From Antedon mediterranea (Eukaryota; Animalia; Echinodermata): a DNA stretch of 64,000 nucleotides. The notes under the pieces are model-generated. The model saw nothing but the letters and a program-made list of their open reading frames with translations, did no database searches and was not told where the DNA came from. The position numbers were made by a program, and so were the translations under genes. Position 1 is the stretch's first letter; each line of letters begins with the position of its first letter. The stretch lies in the NCBI RefSeq assembly GCF_964355755.1, contig NC_092675.1, positions 28,864,912 through 28,928,911 of the forward strand. Reading direction: 5' to 3'. Shown one piece after another: positions 59,184 to 64,000 of this stretch.

Positions 59184-60839
59184 ATGTTGTCACAATTGTT
59201 TACTTTAAATTTTCAAATAATGATTATGGCTTCATGTTTGCATACTACAACATCAGAAACAGAACATTTACCACCAGGAACTCCAACAGTACGCATACAT
59301 ATTGAAAAAAAAGAATATTATTTTGTGGACCAAGAACTTCAAGCTACTTGTACATTTGAATCATTCAACAGGGAAGGAAGTTTAAATAAAATGTACATTC
59401 AACTTTTACTAAATGATACAGTTTTACCAATTGATCCATCACAGATTCTCACTAAACATGTAAGTAAAGATTACATGACACAGGATTATCGAATACCAAT
59501 TTCAAAACTCACAGAGTCTCACACAGGATCATATAAATGTGGATATATAGATGATAAGGGTTTACATAAATCTTCTACACAAAACATTACAGTTTGGCCA
59601 ATTCCAAAGGATCCAAACTGTACATCCTCCCAACCATTCTATTTTAAAGAACAAAACGTGACCTTAACATGTGAAGCCATTGCTTCATATCCAGATCTTG
59701 AATTGAGATGGAACCCTGATAAACCAGCTTCTAAAAACAATCACAACAAAATATTAATTGCTAATAAAGATGTGGAAAGTCGTTGCATAATGAATGTACC
59801 ATCATGGAACTCAACAACATTTTTTTGTGATATTAAAATTTTAGTCACAAATCTTGAAGTGTATAATATTGATAATTTTACATTAGGACAACCAGCAACA
59901 TTGCAATGCATTGTAGGTACCATCAATAATACTGTTCCAGAACTAAACTATACTTGGATATCAGAGTCTAGCAGTTTAAACAAAGAAATAAAACAAAATG
60001 CAAATCCAAATTGCAAGAAAACCAATAGTAATAATAGCAACAGCACAAACTGCATTGGAGAAGACAATATTCTGAACATTGAGAAAGTGACAGCTAATAT
60101 GAACAATGCTGTTATCACTTGTGAGGTACAAGGGTACAATGTTATTGGAAGAAACTCTAGTATACTTACTGTAAATGGACTACCTACTGTAGAACCTACA
60201 ACAGATACAATAACTACTACAGAATCTATAACAAATGCAATAACTACTATAGAAACTACAACAGAGAAAATTATGACTACAAAAGAAAAACATACTGGAA
60301 ATGAAAATGCAAATAAAGATGAAACAAAAAGTAGTAACAATAACAATCTAATTTACTTTGTTGTTGGTATATTTGGATCTCTCACATTATTAATATTTCT
60401 AATCCTTGTTGTCGGAATTTGTATCCAGGGCATAAAAAAATCTTCAAACCAAAGCAGCGGGGTGGGTACAACTCCACCTACTATCAGCTATGTCAATGAC
60501 TCTTACAACACAGTACCATTTTCCACCAGTGCACAATCTACATCAGACAATACACAATCTCATGAAGATATTATTTTCCATAATCTCAATAAAGAAGAGA
60601 ATGCTGAATTCCATATTTATCAGGACATCAACACAACGTCTGATGACATCACTGGTGACTACCTAATTCCTTTGACAATAGTTAAACAATTTGATCACAG
60701 CTCTAATTGTGAACAAAATGTAAAAGATATGAAACATGAAGCTTGTGAAGGAAAGGTAAAGTCAACAAGCAATCTGGAAGTTAACAACACAGATGAAAAT
60801 GTTGATTTACACACTTATTATGACATCAGAAACTTTTGA
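59184..60839 (+). CDS. R9: three-Ig receptor, type II, tail without C-terminal ITIM (intact)
   Basis: Signal MLSQLFTLNFQIMIMASCLHTTTS; D1/D2 like R3, TM like R8, tail like R6/R7, ending HTYYDIRNF. Confidence 0.92.
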   Translation: MLSQLFTLNFQIMIMASCLHTTTSETEHLPPGTPTVRIHIEKKEYYFVDQELQATCTFESFNREGSLNKMYIQLLLNDTVLPIDPSQILTKHVSKDYMTQDYRIPISKLTESHTGSYKCGYIDDKGLHKSSTQNITVWPIPKDPNCTSSQPFYFKEQNVTLTCEAIASYPDLELRWNPDKPASKNNHNKILIANKDVESRCIMNVPSWNSTTFFCDIKILVTNLEVYNIDNFTLGQPATLQCIVGTINNTVPELNYTWISESSSLNKEIKQNANPNCKKTNSNNSNSTNCIGEDNILNIEKVTANMNNAVITCEVQGYNVIGRNSSILTVNGLPTVEPTTDTITTTESITNAITTIETTTEKIMTTKEKHTGNENANKDETKSSNNNNLIYFVVGIFGSLTLLIFLILVVGICIQGIKKSSNQSSGVGTTPPTISYVNDSYNTVPFSTSAQSTSDNTQSHEDIIFHNLNKEENAEFHIYQDINTTSDDITGDYLIPLTIVKQFDHSSNCEQNVKDMKHEACEGKVKSTSNLEVNNTDENVDLHTYYDIRNF

Positions 60840-61481
60840 TATATGTCATTGATGATACAGGACTCTTATCTATAGAACCATAGTCTGAATATAATAGAAC
60901 ATAAATATATACTGTATTGAACTTGAAGAACACTCTTGTAAAGTAAAGATTCAGGGTTAAGCCCACCTATTCTCAAAAGATAAGGAGGAAACCCATCCCC
61001 ATAGATTCCTCTTCCAGGACGGTGGTCAATGCAGCCGGTGGTCAAGGCAGCCGGCACTCAGATCATTTTGGGCACATTCCTAAAGATTCTGAGATGACAG
61101 GCCCTTTTTTGAGTAATTTATAAAATGTAAATATTTTGGATAGATTAAATATATCATTAGCACATAATAAATAAAAAAATTTTCTGATGATGTGTAATAA
61201 TCAGGAACTGCTTATTTGTGAAAAGGATTGTATAAACATTTCATGCAAATTAACAATAAAAACTAAACTGTAGCAGTCACTGGTATCTGTAAATTGTTTT
61301 GTTTCCTTCTTTTGCATGTTGATGTTTCTAACAAATAAAACTGAAAGTGAAATAAAGTGTAGACATCTGACGACAGTTTTAGACGACCATTTGTTTAAAC
61401 TATTGCAACATATTCATTTCAAATTATTATTTGTTCAGCAAATATTAATTGTTTTTTAAATGGAATGTTTCTCACATGACA

Positions 61482-61625
61482 TAAACAAGGCCATAAGCCA
61501 TTAAGTCGCGTGCTACAATGCATAGTGATACCGGACCGACAGACAGACCGACAGACCGACAGACAGACCGACAGACCGACAGACCGACAGACCGACAGAC
61601 CGACAGACCGACAGACCGACAGACC

Positions 61626-61671
<46 letters not shown>

Positions 61672-64000
61672 GAGACCGACCGACCGACATAGTGAACTAT
61701 ACTGACCGAAATTACTGAACATGTTTAAAAATGTTGAAATGTTTAAAAACATTTATTTTTTTAAATTTACACGTGCGTAGCCTGTCACTTTCGACGTGCT
61801 CGTATAACGTAATTTCGAGTTGAAAAGTAAGTCATAAAACAGAAATCGGGCAAAAAGAGTGCGCAATAACATTTTACGCGCAGTGCGCGCGCAAAAATAT
61901 GCACACTCATGGCAATTTTGTAAACGCTTAAAATTGCCTGAAATGTACTCTTATTTCATCGAAAATAAATTTTGAAAATGTTAAGCGCGCGTACGCATGC
62001 GTTACATGCGCTACGCACGTAATTGTATTGCCATATGATGATATTTTATGCCCTGAAATTTATGAGTACCAAATTTTATTTAATTGTGATTCATGGTTGT
62101 GAAGATATGATTACAAACGTGATTTCGTTAAATCGTGCGTAGACCGCGTAATTTTTTATTGCGCACCGTGAAAACATAACCACATTGATTCCTGGCCATA
62201 AGGAATATACTGTGAAAAATTGACCTAGCTAGATTAAACTGATATCAAGATCAGTGGTGGCGCCAGCGGGGGGGCTACGGGGGCTCTGGCCCCCTCGTCG
62301 GGGAGCCTAGCCCCCCCATCGGGGAACACGGGTACTTTTTGTCGGGGAATATAATATACAGTAAAAAACGTTCGCGTTCACTTCATACAGCTTCAGCGCC
62401 TAGAAAACCACGACGTTCCATTGACCGTGAGAGTAGGGCTATTATGCACTTTTATGCATTCATTATTGCCAGCGATCTAACTTACTACTAAACATTAGCT
62501 AGGTACGCACTTGTCTGGCGGTATCCCTTTGTACGAATCGTTCAACGTTGGGTTGAGACGCGTGATATCAAGTTCCATCCAGGGACCAAAATGTGTAATG
62601 TAGTTATTTTCCAGGCGAAGTTTACCGACGGTTAACGAAGGGAACACGGGTACTTTTTGTCGGGGAATATATAATATACAGTAAAAAGCGTTCGCGTTCA
62701 CTTCGTAGCTAGCTTCAGCGCCTAGAAAACCGCGACGTTTCATTGACCGTGAGAGTACGTCAGAGTGATATTATGCACTTTATTTGCATTCATTATTGCC
62801 AGCGATCTAACTTACTACTAAACAATAGCTAGGTACGCACTTGTCTGGCGGTATCCCTTTGTACGAATCGTTCAACGTTGGGTCGAGACGCGTGATATCA
62901 TGTTCCATCAGGGGACCAAAATGTGTACTGTAGTTATTTTCCAGGCGAAGTTTACCGACGGTTACGTTGTGTACTGTGTCGACGTACGCTACACTACAGC
63001 AAAAACGAATTAAGTTAATTGTTCGTATGTTCACCAATTTTTTAATTTACAAGTAACCTTCTGTACCGTGGGGCACCTAAAATAAATTTTTCATCCATTA
63101 CTAAACAAAAAAAAAGTGCCATTTTCGCTTAGCCAACATCTTATTATAGCTAAGTTATTACATTTTCAATGTCCTGTATGTCATGAATTTCTCACCACTC
63201 GGAAGTCCAGATGGTACGCACGCATACACTTGGGAGGAATAAACTTATTTCCCCGACTGAAAAAGGTCTACTTGCGTTTTTTAAGCCTCTAGGCCTGATG
63301 TTTCCAAAGTATAAAATGCAATTTTTTGAAGACCTGCAGCTCTAGTTTTAAACATTTTCTTAGCTCAGCCCCCCAACAATAAAGCTGGTCATATTTCGAA
63401 GTACAAGAAGTGCATTTTCCGGGACCTAACATCTCTAATTTTTTTTTCTACATTTCTTAGCTCAGTCACAACCATGATAGGGACTTATATATTTTGTTTC
63501 ATGTTTTGAAGTATAAGTCCAATTTTCGGGACCTCCAACTCTATTTTTCTAAATTTTCTTTGAACTTTTATTTTTTAAATTGAAAAATATGGATTGAAAC
63601 AGTCATCGCGCATCGTTTTTTTGCACGCAGTATTTTATTTATGCATTATAAAAAATGGAAAAAATGGCTACCCTAAATCTGATTAAAATTACCTCAAATG
63701 ACGCTAGAACGCGTTGCTTCCGGGGGCTTCGCCCCCTGGACCCCCACCGGGGGCCCTTGGCGGCCCCCTGGCCTCCAGCCTAGTGATGCTCGCTTCGCTC
63801 GCATAGCCCCCTCGTCGGGGAATGTAGCCCCCGCGTCGGGAAGATCCTGGCGCCACCCCTGATCAAGATAAGGTCAGAAAGCGATAAAACGCATAGTGAT
63901 ACCGGACCGACAGACAGACAGACCGACAGACAGACCGACAGACAGACAGACAGACCGACCGACCGACCGACATAGTGAACTATAGAGTCGCTTCCACGCG
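61482..64000. mobile_element. HINE/DINE-1-like element with (GACA/GACC)n microsatellites, interrupted by a hAT element
   Basis: Starts AAACAAGG. AAGTCGCGTG (61503) is complementary to CACGCG at the window end. CATAGTGATACCGGACC(GACA/GACC)nCATAGTGAACTATA occurs at 61521-61701 and 63893-63984. Confidence 0.6.
62252..63861. mobile_element. Non-autonomous hAT-type DNA transposon (1.6 kb)
   Basis: 15-bp TIR CAGTGGTGGCGCCAG / CTGGCGCCACCCCTG (1 mismatch); perfect 8-bp TSD ATCAAGAT at 62244-62251 and 63862-63869; internal ~320-bp tandem duplication (62322-62965). Confidence 0.9.

Noticed and set aside
27068-60346. Recurrent - strand ORFs containing SILEFLPITLYPCTSQVITALFISAVTFS
   Set aside because: Antisense shadows of the invariant block and Thr-rich stalk; starts and ends are inconsistent and there is no FGGY similarity.
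26277-60839. RAG-type V(D)J rearranging locus
   Set aside because: Copies are full-length genes rather than segments; I saw no consistent heptamer/nonamer signals and no recombinase. Germline homologous exchange explains the mosaics.
61472-61752. DRQT/SVCL repeat ORFs
   Set aside because: Translations of a (GACA/GACC)n microsatellite.

Overview
AT-rich metazoan (invertebrate) genomic DNA with spliceosomal introns; not prokaryotic. I read four parts from the sequence. (1) A complete 20-coding-exon + strand gene (3991-17450) encoding signal peptide + 16 thrombospondin type-1 repeats (one per phase-1 exon) + one FN3 domain + a hydrophobic GPI-type C-terminus (~1092 aa). (2) The last six exons of an FGGY carbohydrate kinase gene on the - strand (21536-25636); I found no upstream exons in the window. 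(3) A tandem array of nine copies (five open ORFs, four disrupted) of single-coding-exon type-I membrane receptors (signal peptide, three Ig-like domains, Thr-rich stalk, TM, Tyr-motif tail) at 26277-60839. They lie antisense within what appears to be a >38 kb FGGY intron, with a divergent tenth member (18429-19883) beyond the FGGY 3' end. The paralogs are mosaics of four N-terminal types and several TM/tail types joined at a near-invariant ~110-bp block. They differ in having a C-terminal ITIM, and include two independent TM-truncated alleles and one copy with an EPIYA-like tail. This looks like a fast-evolving, module-shuffling Ig-superfamily receptor cluster, a candidate immune/allorecognition locus; the function is inference only. 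(4) Non-autonomous transposons (Helitron, hAT with 8-bp TSD, a foldback with 1.26-kb arms and 3-bp TSD, HINE/DINE-like elements, MITEs, a tRNA-derived SINE) and tandem repeats. Receptor labels R0-R9 are mine.
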